From positions 1 to 64,000 of the IMG/VR virus record IMGVR_UViG_3300044656_000252: a stretch of DNA of 64,000 bases, one strand, 5' to 3'. Source of the DNA: a virus. Taxonomy: Duplodnaviria; Caudoviricetes. The position numbers and the translations under genes were made by a program. The notes under the pieces were generated by a model. The model searched no databases and was not told where the DNA came from. It saw nothing but the letters and a program-made list of their open reading frames with translations. This document shows, in pieces, positions 17,099 through 26,766 of the stretch. Every line of letters starts with the position of its first letter. Position 1 is the first letter of the stretch.

Positions 17099-18757
17099 GT
17101 GGACAAGAACCTCGCGCTCACCGATCAGGCCACCATGGGCGTCGCGGCCACCCCTACCCTCATGTCGGATTCCGCCTACGGCGTATGGCGCCCATCATCG
17201 CCCTCGGACCTGCAGAACGCGATCGAATCCCTCACCACCTCCGCGGTGCTCTACCAGCGCGCCGAGAACTACTACGAGGGCACCGTCCCCGAGTTCTTCG
17301 CCTCGATCCGGCTCCGCCGCGCCATGGCCCGCACCGGTGTGGGGTTCCGGTTCAACTTCGCCAAGACCCCCGTGGACGCTGTCGTCGACCGCCTGGAGAT
17401 CAACGCCGTCTCCGCGACCGACGAGAACAGCAACGCCCGCATCGAGGACATGTGGCGCGACAACCAGCTCGACCTCGAGGCCCCGCACATCATGCTCAAG
17501 GCGTGCGAGTACGGCGACGCCTACGTCATCGTCTGGCCCACCGCCCCGGACGGCGCCGACGACTTCGAGGGCGACGGGTCACCGCAGCTGCTCGACACCG
17601 ACGCCGACGGGTTCCTCAACGTCGACATCTTCTACAACAGCCCGCACTGCTGCCGGGTCTTCTACGACCCCGAGCGCCCACTGCGGAAGCGGTACGCGGT
17701 CAAGAAATGGATCTTGAACAACACCCAGCAGGTCCGCATCGACCTGTACTACCCGGACCGCATCGAGCGGTTCATCTCCAAGGAGGGCGTCACCAACGTC
17801 GAGGCCACCGACATGCACCCGTACCGGGACAACCCGGGTGACGAGTGGCCGCTCGTAAATCCGTTCAACGAGGTCCCCGTCTTTCACTTCCGCGCGGCCA
17901 GCCGGCCGTACGGCAAGCCGGAGCACCTGTCCGCGTTCGGCCCGCAGGACGCGATCCACAAGCTGATCCTCAGCCACATGGCTGGCGTCGACTACCAAGC
18001 CTTCCCCCAGCGGTACGCGCTCACCGCGCCGGACACCGACACCGCCGACGCCGTCAACTCCGACGAGGACGAGTTCAGCTTCGCCCTCGACACCGGCGCC
18101 ACCAGCCGGCCATCCGACCCGCAGTCCCAGCTGACCAGCGACCCCGGCTCGCTCTGGTACATGCAGGGCGTCACCGAGGTCGGCCAGTTCGCCGAGGCCA
18201 ACCCCGAGACGTTCATGGGCCCGCTCCAGGTCTACCTGCGGGCCATGGCCCAGCTGTGCGTCACCCCGTTCCACTACTTCGACCCCAGTGGCGACGCCCC
18301 GTCCGGCGAGTCCCTGCGCACCGCCGAGGGGCCGTTCGTCAAGAAGATCGTGAACCGCCAGCTGTCCTTCGGCGCGACCTGGCGGGAGATCTTCGAGTTC
18401 GCCCTGCGCATCACCGGCGTCCCCGACCCCAAGGTCACCGTGCACTGGAAGTCCCCGGCCAGCGTGGACGACCTCACCGGCTGGCAGACCGTCCAGGCCA
18501 AGCTCGACGCCGGTGTCCCGCCGGCGCAGGCGTTCCAGGAGGCCGGCTACACCAAGGACCAGACCGACGAGTGGTTCGGCGACAACGACGACGACCTGCC
18601 GTTCCGCGTGCACCTGCTCTCGGAGATCGCCGTCGCGTTGCAGGGCCTCTCGGCCGCGGCCTCGACCGGCATCGTCGACGAGGGCCAGGTGCAGGAGCTG
18701 ATCAGCTCGATCATCGGCGAGCCCGAGCTCATGGGTCCCGACACGGGCACAGCGTGA
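17099..18757 (+). CDS. Portal protein (SPP1 gp6-like)
   Basis: 552 aa after TerL; AENYYEG, NFAKTPVDAVVDRL, VPVFHF, PSGESLR motifs. Confidence 0.92.
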   Translation: MDKNLALTDQATMGVAATPTLMSDSAYGVWRPSSPSDLQNAIESLTTSAVLYQRAENYYEGTVPEFFASIRLRRAMARTGVGFRFNFAKTPVDAVVDRLEINAVSATDENSNARIEDMWRDNQLDLEAPHIMLKACEYGDAYVIVWPTAPDGADDFEGDGSPQLLDTDADGFLNVDIFYNSPHCCRVFYDPERPLRKRYAVKKWILNNTQQVRIDLYYPDRIERFISKEGVTNVEATDMHPYRDNPGDEWPLVNPFNEVPVFHFRAASRPYGKPEHLSAFGPQDAIHKLILSHMAGVDYQAFPQRYALTAPDTDTADAVNSDEDEFSFALDTGATSRPSDPQSQLTSDPGSLWYMQGVTEVGQFAEANPETFMGPLQVYLRAMAQLCVTPFHYFDPSGDAPSGESLRTAEGPFVKKIVNRQLSFGATWREIFEFALRITGVPDPKVTVHWKSPASVDDLTGWQTVQAKLDAGVPPAQAFQEAGYTKDQTDEWFGDNDDDLPFRVHLLSEIAVALQGLSAAASTGIVDEGQVQELISSIIGEPELMGPDTGTA

Positions 18758-19833
18758 CCGCCCCGCAGCCGCCGCAGACCCCGAACCAGCCGACGCTGCA
18801 GCTGGTGCTGGAGCACGCCGCCGAGGCGCTGGCCCTCGAGCGGGCGGCCCGCGGTGTCGCGGCGCCACTACGCGCCAAGCTGAAGGCGCTCACGCGCACG
18901 CTCTCCGCCTTGTGGGTGCGGAAGGTTGGCCGGGTCGACGAGCCGGCCGACCCGATCACGCTGCACGACATCGCCACCGAGACACGCAACCGCCTCGCCG
19001 ACATCCGGTTCACCCCGGCCGACGAACTGACTCGGTACGCGGAGCAGGCCATCGACCTCGGTGTGCGGCAGGCCGTGGACGAACTGCACCTCCACGCCAC
19101 CGAAGGAGCCGTCGAGCACGTCCTGCCGGCGACCGGCCGCCGCGCGGCTCGTTTCGAGTGGCCAGCGGCCGACCTCGACCAGGCCACCGTGGACGCGATC
19201 CGCGCCGTGGACGCCACCGTCGCCGGCAAGCTCGCCGACGCCGAAACCGCCGTCACGCGCATCGCCGGCAACAACTTCGCCGAGCTGGCCACCGCACTGT
19301 CGCCGGCGCAGCAGGCAGCGACCGCGACCGAGGCGACCGCAACATGGGCCACGAACAAGGCCGTCAACGACGGCGTCGCCGCGGTCGCTGACCAGCTCGA
19401 CGCCGAGCGGCTGTGGGTCGCGGAGCGGGACGCGTGCGTGCACTGCCTCGCCTACTCCGGGCACGTCGCGAGAGCTGGCCAGGGCTTCCCGGTCGGGCTG
19501 ACGTTCGGCGACAAGCCGCTGGTGCCGTGGCCGGACCCGATGTTCCTGCCCGGATGCCCGCTGCACCCGCACTGCCGGTGCCGGATCACGGTGTGGCTGG
19601 GCAGCGTGCCCGGCTACACCGGCCCCGACCTGCCGGCCGCGCTTCGCCGGGAGGCCGAGCGCAGCATCCTCACCGGCTGGCGCATGGCGTCCGAGTCCCA
19701 GCCGGCCAGGCTCCGCGCCGCGTCTCGGCTGCTCGCCCGCGGCACGACCCTGCCGAAGTCCGTGCAGGCCCGTGCCCGCACCGCGGTCCGCCGCGGCCGG
19801 TTCAACGACTTCCCCCGCAAGGCCCGATCATGA
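18754..19833 (+). CDS. Head morphogenesis / minor capsid protein (MuF/SPP1 gp7-like)
   Basis: WVAERDACVHC...PLHPHCRC; follows portal. Confidence 0.85.
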   Translation: MTAPQPPQTPNQPTLQLVLEHAAEALALERAARGVAAPLRAKLKALTRTLSALWVRKVGRVDEPADPITLHDIATETRNRLADIRFTPADELTRYAEQAIDLGVRQAVDELHLHATEGAVEHVLPATGRRAARFEWPAADLDQATVDAIRAVDATVAGKLADAETAVTRIAGNNFAELATALSPAQQAATATEATATWATNKAVNDGVAAVADQLDAERLWVAERDACVHCLAYSGHVARAGQGFPVGLTFGDKPLVPWPDPMFLPGCPLHPHCRCRITVWLGSVPGYTGPDLPAALRREAERSILTGWRMASESQPARLRAASRLLARGTTLPKSVQARARTAVRRGRFNDFPRKARS

Positions 19834-19850
19834 TCGAAAGGAACGCCGCC

Positions 19851-20633
19851 ATGCTGCTCGACCTGCCCATCCACCCGGACACGCTCCTGCCCGCCATCGG
19901 GCTGCTCTCCGACGGCACGCCCGTCTGGCCGGCGCTCGGCGGCGCCAACGATGACGACGACGGCCCCGAGATCGACCTGGAGGGCGGCGGCTCGCAGGGC
20001 AGCGGCGGCGGCCGGGACATCCTCGACGACGAAGACGACGAAGACGAGGAGGACGAGCACGACGACGGCGCCGACAAGGCCAAGGGCGACGAGTGGAAGC
20101 CGCCCACCCGCGAGGAGTGGGAGAAGACCCAGAAGGCCCTCACCGAGGCGAACGCCGAGGCCAAGAAGCACCGGCTCCGCGTCCGCGAGCTCCGCAAGTC
20201 CACTCGCGCCGCCGAGCAGGGCGGCGGCCAGGCCGGCGACGAGGACGCCGCGGCGCGGGAGCAGGCCGCACTGGAGGCCGCCGAGCAGAAGTTCAAGCCG
20301 GTTGCCATCCGGTCGGCCGCGATCGCCGCGCTGATGAAGGCGGACTTCCGCAACCCCACCGAGCAGCGCCTGAACCGCATGATCCGGCGCCTGGACATGG
20401 ACGAGCTCGACGTCGACACCGAGACCGGGAAGGTCGACGGCCTCGAGGACCAGATCGACGACCTGGTCGACGAGTTCCCCGAGCTGTTCGGCAAGGACGC
20501 CGAGCCGGAGCCGGCCAAGCCGGAGCGCCGCCGCGCGCCGCGGATCGACGCCGGGAACAAGCAGCCCGCGCCCGCGCAGTTCAAGACGACGGGGGAACGG
20601 ATCGCCGCGCAGATCCACAACTCGATGCGGTAG
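19851..20633 (+). CDS. Capsid scaffolding protein with N-terminal leader
   Basis: Acidic N-terminus, coiled coil EAKKHRLR, DEFPELF, position before MCP; alternative ATG at 19830. Confidence 0.85.
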   Translation: MLLDLPIHPDTLLPAIGLLSDGTPVWPALGGANDDDDGPEIDLEGGGSQGSGGGRDILDDEDDEDEEDEHDDGADKAKGDEWKPPTREEWEKTQKALTEANAEAKKHRLRVRELRKSTRAAEQGGGQAGDEDAAAREQAALEAAEQKFKPVAIRSAAIAALMKADFRNPTEQRLNRMIRRLDMDELDVDTETGKVDGLEDQIDDLVDEFPELFGKDAEPEPAKPERRRAPRIDAGNKQPAPAQFKTTGERIAAQIHNSMR

Positions 20634-20680
20634 ACGCAATTCCCTAAACCGTGTGAAAACGAATAGGGGAAACGCGCCTA

Positions 20681-20850
20681 GAAAGCGCCCACACTATCCG
20701 TGTCGGGCGCTTTCGCGTGTATTCTCCGAGACAGCAGGCCACCCGGATGGGACGGCCCGCTAGGACCGGCGATCGGGCAATTCAAATGCCCTGACGTGCC
20801 CGTGATGGGGCGCAGGACACCACCGCACCCATCACTCGGAAGGGCACGCG
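20681..20850 (+). promoter_or_regulatory. Structured 5' leader of the capsid gene (three stem-loops; the last one covers the SD)
   Basis: GAAAGCGCCC/GGGCGCTTTC; GGGCA/TGCCC; CGTGCCC+GTGATGGG paired with CCCATCAC+GGGCACG. Confidence 0.55.
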
Positions 20851-20852
20851 CC

Positions 20853-21911
20853 GTGTCTGCATCCCAGTTCGACCTCGACCTGTTCGACGAGTCCGTTCCG
20901 GCGCACGACGTCGGCGACATCCTCGGCTACCGCCGCAACGGCGAGCCGATCCGCGCCCTCGGTGGCAGCGCCCGCAACAACTTCGACGCCTGGGTCTGGG
21001 AGGAGTTCGGCTCCGACGTCATCCAGAAGGTCAAGCAGGTCTCGGCGATCGAGTCCTACGGCCAGCGGGTCCCGATGAAGACCGCCACGCGCTCGACCCC
21101 GCGGTCTGGCGGTGTCGGCATCGACATCGTGGCCAAGGGCGGGACGTACGGCGAGGACCAGTCGACCAACGACCAGGTCATCCTGAGCGTCCAGAAGTTC
21201 GGCAAGGCCGTGCGGATCGCCGAGGAGGACATCGACGACAGCCTGGCGGACGTGGTCAACACCAAGCTGTCCGACTGGGCCACGGCTTACGCCAAGGGCC
21301 TCGACAACGCCTGCTTGGGCGTCACCGCGGCGAAGGCGACCTCTGGCTGCGCGTTCGACTCGCTGTACTACACGCTCACCCAGACCGACTCGGCGACCGG
21401 CTACCAGGCCAACACGAACCTGACCAAGACCGGTTCGGGTGGCACCACCTACGACCTGCTGTCCACCACGGTCGGCCTGGTCGAGACCGGCGACTACTGG
21501 GACGAGGAGCAGGCCCTCGTGCTCGCGCACCCGACGTTCAAGAGGAAGTTGCGCGGCATCAAGGACCTCAACGGCCGGCCGATCTTCCAGGAGTCCAGCG
21601 GCGGCTTCCCCGGTGGCGGCCAGGCGTCCACCCCGGACATGCTGTTCGGCTACCCGGTCAAGTGGACGCTGGGTGCCCGCACCTCGGCAGCGCCGACGGC
21701 GACGCCGACCGGCAACCCGCTGCTGGTCATCTGCTCGAAGGAGTTCCTGCTGCTCGGTGTCCGCAGTGGACCCGAGTCCGTCTTCATTGACGGGAGGAAT
21801 GGATTGGCCGCCTTGACCGACGAGTCGATCCTCAAGATGCGTGCTCGGCGCGCGTTCGCCGTCGGCCACGAGAACGCCTTCTCCGTGCTGGAAGACAACT
21901 CCGGCAGCTGA
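20853..21911 (+). CDS. Major capsid protein (HK97 fold)
   Basis: EEFGSDVIQKV, KFGKAVRIAEEDIDDS, LRGIKDLNGRPIF, MLFGYPV, ILKMRARRAFAV. Confidence 0.92.
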   Translation: MSASQFDLDLFDESVPAHDVGDILGYRRNGEPIRALGGSARNNFDAWVWEEFGSDVIQKVKQVSAIESYGQRVPMKTATRSTPRSGGVGIDIVAKGGTYGEDQSTNDQVILSVQKFGKAVRIAEEDIDDSLADVVNTKLSDWATAYAKGLDNACLGVTAAKATSGCAFDSLYYTLTQTDSATGYQANTNLTKTGSGGTTYDLLSTTVGLVETGDYWDEEQALVLAHPTFKRKLRGIKDLNGRPIFQESSGGFPGGGQASTPDMLFGYPVKWTLGARTSAAPTATPTGNPLLVICSKEFLLLGVRSGPESVFIDGRNGLAALTDESILKMRARRAFAVGHENAFSVLEDNSGS

Positions 21912-21983
21912 TCCAACCCAGTCCGGTGGGCGTGGCTGTGGCGGCTGCCACGCCCACCATCTGTCGCACGCAGGGAGAACGCC

Positions 21984-22475
21984 GTGGACGACGACACCCT
22001 CGCTGAGGACGTGTTCGACGACGAATCACCGGCCTACGAGCACAGCGACGAGGTGGACGAGTCGGGCCCGGAGGAACCGCAGTTGCCGGTCTCCGACGTG
22101 ACAGAGCAGTTCCCCGCAGTCGACGGCACCGAAGAGGGCCTGCACACCGAAGTCGCGCAGCGCGCGGTCGACGGTGCCGACGAGGACATGTGGCACAAGG
22201 TGTTCCGCGTCGGCCGGATCGGTGTCACGGAGGACGACCCGATCCACCGACAGAACGCCGTCGCCGTCGTGCAGGAAGCGGTGCAGCGCGGCCTCCACCC
22301 GCGGGGCGACGTGTACCTCGTCGCCATCGAGGAGACCGACGAGCCGCTCAACGCCTCGGGTTCCCGCCGGATGCGGCACACCGACCTGCGGTACGCGGTG
22401 CAGGTCGTGCCGGCCTCCATCGACACCGAGCCGGGCGAAACCACCACGGCGCAGGACATCCACGCCGCCGAGTAG
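21984..22475 (+). CDS. Acidic hypothetical head-region protein
   Basis: SD GGGAG; position after MCP. Confidence 0.7.
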   Translation: MDDDTLAEDVFDDESPAYEHSDEVDESGPEEPQLPVSDVTEQFPAVDGTEEGLHTEVAQRAVDGADEDMWHKVFRVGRIGVTEDDPIHRQNAVAVVQEAVQRGLHPRGDVYLVAIEETDEPLNASGSRRMRHTDLRYAVQVVPASIDTEPGETTTAQDIHAAE

Positions 22476-22512
22476 CGGCAGCACGACCTGCGAGTCGGAG
22501 GGGAGGGACAGT

Positions 22513-23787
22513 ATGGCAGCGACCGGGTACGTCGGCGGAGACCCGACCAAGGTCTCGAAGGCCGGGGACACGATGACCGGCGCGCTCGTGCTGCCCGGCG
22601 ACCCCACCGCTGCGTTGCAGGCCGCCGACAAGAACTACGTCGACAGCGTCACCTCGGCCGGCGTGGCCGACGCGACGACCACCACCAAGGGCAAGGTGCA
22701 GCTGGCCGGCGACCTGAGCGGCACGGCGGCTGCGCCGACCGTCCCTGCGCTCACCAGCAAGGTCGGTACCTCCCGCCAGATCCTCACCGGCGCCGGTCTG
22801 TCCGGCGGCGGGGACCTCACCGCCGACCGCACCCTCTCGGCGACTGACGCCACCACGCTGGCCAAGGGCATCGTGCAGCTCGCCGGGGACCTCGGAGGCA
22901 CTGCGGCGTCCCCGACTGTGCCTGGCCTCGCCAGCAAGGCGCCCACGACCCGGCTAATCACCGCCGGCACTGGCCTGTCCGGCGGCGGTGACCTGAGCGT
23001 GGACCGGACTCTGGCGGTCGTCTACGGCACCGCGAGCGGGACTGCGGCGCAGGGCAACGACAGCAGGATCACCGGCGCCGTGCAGGCATCGACGGCCACG
23101 ACGAAGGGTGATCTGCTCGTCGCCACGGCGGCGGCCGCCATCGGCCGGCTCGGCGTCGGCTCGGACGGCCAGGTGCTCACCGCCGACTCCACGCAGACCA
23201 CTGGGGTCAAGTGGGCTATGGCGTCCGGCGGCGGCTCGGTCGGGATGGACGAGGTGTTCCCGCTGTCCGCCTACGGACTGCTCGCGGCATCTGGCGACCC
23301 GAACGAGTTCCAGAACCAGTCCGGGGTGAGTGCCAACACGGTGTTCATGGCGCGCGTCTGGATCCCGGCCAACACCGCGATCTCCAAGCTGTGCGCCGCC
23401 GTCCGGACCGGCGGCACCTACGCGTCGAGCGCCACGCCAAACCAGCTCGCCATCTACGACGACACCGGCGTCCAGAAGGGCATCACCACCGACGACAGCA
23501 CCCTGTGGACCACCGCCGGGTGGGCCGCCCGCACGATCACCACCATCGCCGCGCAGGGCACCGGCCGGTGGATGTACATCGGGTACATCGTCGGTGGCTT
23601 CACGGGCGTCTCGATGCCGTTCCCCATGGGAGCCAACGACAACAACGCGCCGTGGCTCGGTCAGACGATCAACAACTCGGGCAATCGCAGGGCGTTCTAC
23701 CTGACCGCGACCTCCCTGCCCGCCTCGTTCAACCCGACCAGCGCCGGCACGAACACTGGCTACGTCCCGCTGGTGGGTGCGGCATGA
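22513..23787 (+). CDS. Fibre-like structural protein (head fibre/decoration candidate)
   Basis: Two DATTxxKGxVQLAGDL..T.GAGLSGGGDL repeats typical of phage fibre shafts; C-terminal beta-rich domain. Confidence 0.75.
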   Translation: MAATGYVGGDPTKVSKAGDTMTGALVLPGDPTAALQAADKNYVDSVTSAGVADATTTTKGKVQLAGDLSGTAAAPTVPALTSKVGTSRQILTGAGLSGGGDLTADRTLSATDATTLAKGIVQLAGDLGGTAASPTVPGLASKAPTTRLITAGTGLSGGGDLSVDRTLAVVYGTASGTAAQGNDSRITGAVQASTATTKGDLLVATAAAAIGRLGVGSDGQVLTADSTQTTGVKWAMASGGGSVGMDEVFPLSAYGLLAASGDPNEFQNQSGVSANTVFMARVWIPANTAISKLCAAVRTGGTYASSATPNQLAIYDDTGVQKGITTDDSTLWTTAGWAARTITTIAAQGTGRWMYIGYIVGGFTGVSMPFPMGANDNNAPWLGQTINNSGNRRAFYLTATSLPASFNPTSAGTNTGYVPLVGAA

Positions 23788-24539
23788 CCCAGGTAGCGCA
23801 GGGCCAGTCGATCACCCTCACCGCACAGTGGTACGCCTACGCCGGCGGCCCGGCCGTGGACGTGTCCGGGCTGACGATCGGCATCACCGCGCCGGACAGC
23901 ACGGTCGACGTGGCCACCACCTCGATCGGCATCGTGCACGTCACCACCGGCGTCTACCAGTACACGTGGGCGGTTCCGGCCTCCGCGGTGCTCGGCGACC
24001 ACGTCGCGGTGTGGAACGCCACCTACAACAGCAACCCTGTCACGGCGTCGGAGGTCGTGACAGTGCTGGCCGCGAGCACCGGAACGTGGGCGCAGATCGG
24101 CGACGTCCTCGCACTTACCGGCATCACGGTCACGCCGCAGGCGCTGGCGGAGGCCAACGCGATCATCGAGATGTTCGCGCGCCGCACCTATGCCCTGGCC
24201 CACGCCAACACCGGGTCGCGGGACGCCGAGTGGATGAAGCGGGCGGTCGCGTACGAGGCCGTGTGGCTCGCCGGGCAGCCGGACCTGTTCACACGGCTCG
24301 ACGTCACCATGATCTCCGAGGGCCGGAAGTCCATCGGCCTCAAGGAAGAGACGCTGCTCATCGCGCCCCTCGCGCGGAAGGCACTGTCCCGCGTGTCGTG
24401 GCTGCGGACCCGCTCGGTGCACATCCGGTCGCCGTTCCAGGACGGCATGACCCCGATCTCGCCCGACCCCGATTCGGCAGGCAACGACTTCTACGAGGTG
24501 TGGTCGCCCGCGGGCTACGGATCGTGGGGGAGTGGCTGA
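23784..24539 (+). CDS. Head-tail adaptor with N-terminal Ig/BppU-like domain
   Basis: TTGVYQYTWAVP beta domain followed by helical adaptor (EANAIIE..KRAVAYEAVW). Confidence 0.7.
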   Translation: MTQVAQGQSITLTAQWYAYAGGPAVDVSGLTIGITAPDSTVDVATTSIGIVHVTTGVYQYTWAVPASAVLGDHVAVWNATYNSNPVTASEVVTVLAASTGTWAQIGDVLALTGITVTPQALAEANAIIEMFARRTYALAHANTGSRDAEWMKRAVAYEAVWLAGQPDLFTRLDVTMISEGRKSIGLKEETLLIAPLARKALSRVSWLRTRSVHIRSPFQDGMTPISPDPDSAGNDFYEVWSPAGYGSWGSG

Positions 24540-24877
24540 TGTACGCCCTCGCCTCGTGCACCGCGAGCATCCTCCGCGGCACCACCACCGACCAGTTCGG
24601 CGACACCGTCGACACCGGCACGGTCATCGCCACCGGCGTGCCGTTCCTCATCGAGGACGTCAACCAGCGCGTGTTCGACCCGGCCACGCAACAGCCGCGG
24701 ATCGTCCGCGCGATCGAAGCCGTGTGCCAGTCCAACGTGGACGTCAAGCCCGGAGACCAGGTGCGGGACGACACCAACAACGTGCTCTACCTGGTCAACG
24801 ACGTGACCCAGAAGTACGGCGCCGCCTGGACACCGGACCTCGACGTCGACCTGACCCGGATCACGCCAACCCAGTAG
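24539..24877 (+). CDS. Head closure (stopper) protein
   Basis: 112 aa beta-rich; DVKPGDQVRD; synteny. Confidence 0.75.
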   Translation: MYALASCTASILRGTTTDQFGDTVDTGTVIATGVPFLIEDVNQRVFDPATQQPRIVRAIEAVCQSNVDVKPGDQVRDDTNNVLYLVNDVTQKYGAAWTPDLDVDLTRITPTQ

Positions 24878-24947
24878 ATGGGCGCGTGCTCCGCACAACC
24901 GCATACGAGAGACCGACCGCTGTAGAGGCGTTGGGAGGTGAGGGAAC

Positions 24948-25280
24948 GTGGCCGAGTTCCGCGTAGCGCAGGGCTGGCACGAGCACGTGGCCGAGGCCAG
25001 CACGAAGCTGCTCGACGAGAAGATCGGGCCGCAGATCCTCTCGGACATGCAGGCCGGTTGCCCTGTCGACACGGGCCGGCTGGTCGCCTCCCTGGACTAC
25101 GGCCTGACCGACGACAGCACAGTGCGGATCGGGTCGAAGGACGTCGACTACTCGGTGTACGTCAACGAGGGCCACCGGATCGTCTACCGCAACCGCCAGG
25201 GCAAGAAGGTTGACACCGGCCGCGTCCAGCCGCCGCAGGACTTCATGCGCCCGGCGCTCTACCGCGAGCGGGGTGAGTGA
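24948..25280 (+). CDS. HK97 gp10-like tail completion protein
   Basis: CPVDTGRLVASL..YSVYVNEGH..QDFMRPAL. Confidence 0.85.
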   Translation: MAEFRVAQGWHEHVAEASTKLLDEKIGPQILSDMQAGCPVDTGRLVASLDYGLTDDSTVRIGSKDVDYSVYVNEGHRIVYRNRQGKKVDTGRVQPPQDFMRPALYRERGE

Positions 25281-25744
25281 TGCGCCGCGCATGGGTTGCC
25301 CTTGTCCGCGAGTACTTCGCGATGACCGACCACTGGCGTCACCACCCGGTGGTGCCGTCGCACGACCAGCTGAGCCTCGGCGAGCGGGCCGCGGACCGGA
25401 TGCGCAACGGCATGGGCTCATGGGGCTTCGTGTTCGCGGCCATCGCGTTCCTCGCTGTGTGGATGCTGTTCAACCGCGACAGCGGCTTCGACCCGTACCC
25501 GTTCATCCTCCTCAACCTCGTGCTGTCCTGCGTGGCCGCGCTCCAGGGCGCGATCCTGCTGATCGCGGCCAAGCGCAGTGACCAGGTGTCGGCCATAGCG
25601 GCGGCGTCGGACTACCAGGTCAACCGGGACACCAAGCAGCTCGTGGTGCAGCAGGGCCAGATCATCGCCGAGATGCGCGCCGACCACGCGGCACTCCTGG
25701 CCGAGGTGAAGGCGCTCCGTGCGCAGGTCGGCGGTGCGTCGTGA
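25280..25744 (+). CDS. DUF1003-family membrane protein
   Basis: LGERAAD..MGSWGF..FDPYPFILLNLVLS.AALQ. Confidence 0.85.
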   Translation: MRRAWVALVREYFAMTDHWRHHPVVPSHDQLSLGERAADRMRNGMGSWGFVFAAIAFLAVWMLFNRDSGFDPYPFILLNLVLSCVAALQGAILLIAAKRSDQVSAIAAASDYQVNRDTKQLVVQQGQIIAEMRADHAALLAEVKALRAQVGGAS

Positions 25745-26211
25745 CGTCCCCGGTGCTGCGCGCGAACACGGACCTGGTGGCGGTCGCCTGGCTCGGCGGC
25801 GTGACCGGGCTGACGCCGGCCATGGTCGCCAGCCAGCTGCCGTCCGACAACAGCACGTGGGCGGCCAGCGGCTTCGTGACGGTCCGCACCTCGGGCGGCC
25901 GGCCGGTGCTGGACAACGCTCTGCGGCAGCCGGTGGTCACCGTGGACACCTGGGCGTGCAAGCCCCAGTCCACCAAGCCGCCGTGGAACAAGGCGAACTA
26001 CCTCGCCGAGTGCATCGTCCGCGCCTGCTACCCGCGCACCGACGCGGAACTCCGCAACGTGCCGCGGCTCCTCACGCTGCCAGCCGGCTACCCGAACGCC
26101 CGCGTGCTGTCCGCGTACGTGGTGACCGAGCCGCGCCGGTCCTACGGCGACATCGGCCTCTACGCCAGCTTCACCTTCGACCTCGCGCTGAATTGGGTGG
26201 ACCAGTCATGA
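25741..26211 (+). CDS. Tail terminator protein
   Basis: GFVTVRTSGG..PVVTVDTW..FDLAL; synteny. Confidence 0.75.
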   Translation: MTSPVLRANTDLVAVAWLGGVTGLTPAMVASQLPSDNSTWAASGFVTVRTSGGRPVLDNALRQPVVTVDTWACKPQSTKPPWNKANYLAECIVRACYPRTDAELRNVPRLLTLPAGYPNARVLSAYVVTEPRRSYGDIGLYASFTFDLALNWVDQS

Positions 26212-26456
26212 CGACCGACCGCTTCGCCCTCTACGGCGAGAACTCCCGGCAGATGCTCACCTACAACGGGCTGATCATCACGCACCACAACCGGCGGCAG
26301 ATGGAGTTCATGCACCCCGGCACGCGGGTCGTGGAGGTGCCGGCCGACATCCCCGAGTCGCAGTGCATCCCGCTGGCGATGCACCCCGACTACGCCACGG
26401 TCCAGTTCGACCTGGACGGCGACCTGAACCGGCACCAGTTCCGAGACGCGAGCTGA
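26208..26456 (+). CDS. Hypothetical protein (82 aa)
   Basis: ATGA coupling. Confidence 0.6.
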   Translation: MTTDRFALYGENSRQMLTYNGLIITHHNRRQMEFMHPGTRVVEVPADIPESQCIPLAMHPDYATVQFDLDGDLNRHQFRDAS

Positions 26457-26465
26457 GGAGGAGCG

Positions 26466-26756
26466 ATGGCAACGGGTAAGGGCGGCGGCAAGTCGCGGGC
26501 GTCGAAGCTGCCGGCGAAGGTCAACGCCCGACGCAACACCAAGACCGGGCGCAAGGCGATGTCCGCCAGCAACTTCGGCGTACCGGACAAGCGGAAGTAC
26601 CGCATCGACGACGCGCCGCACGCCAGGGACGCCCTCGGCCGGGTCAGCAAGAACGGCACCCCGGCGGAGAAGGCCCAGGTGCGGCAGCGGGTCGCGAAGA
26701 AGTACCCGTCGATCAACGTGACCGGCCTCCCCAAGAAGTCCGGCAAGGGAAAGTAG
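26466..26756 (+). CDS. Basic protein, DUF6582-like
   Basis: SNFGVPDKRKYRIDDAPHARDALGRV..GTPAEK..V..KYP. Confidence 0.7.
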   Translation: MATGKGGGKSRASKLPAKVNARRNTKTGRKAMSASNFGVPDKRKYRIDDAPHARDALGRVSKNGTPAEKAQVRQRVAKKYPSINVTGLPKKSGKGK

Positions 26757-26766
26757 GAGCAACACC

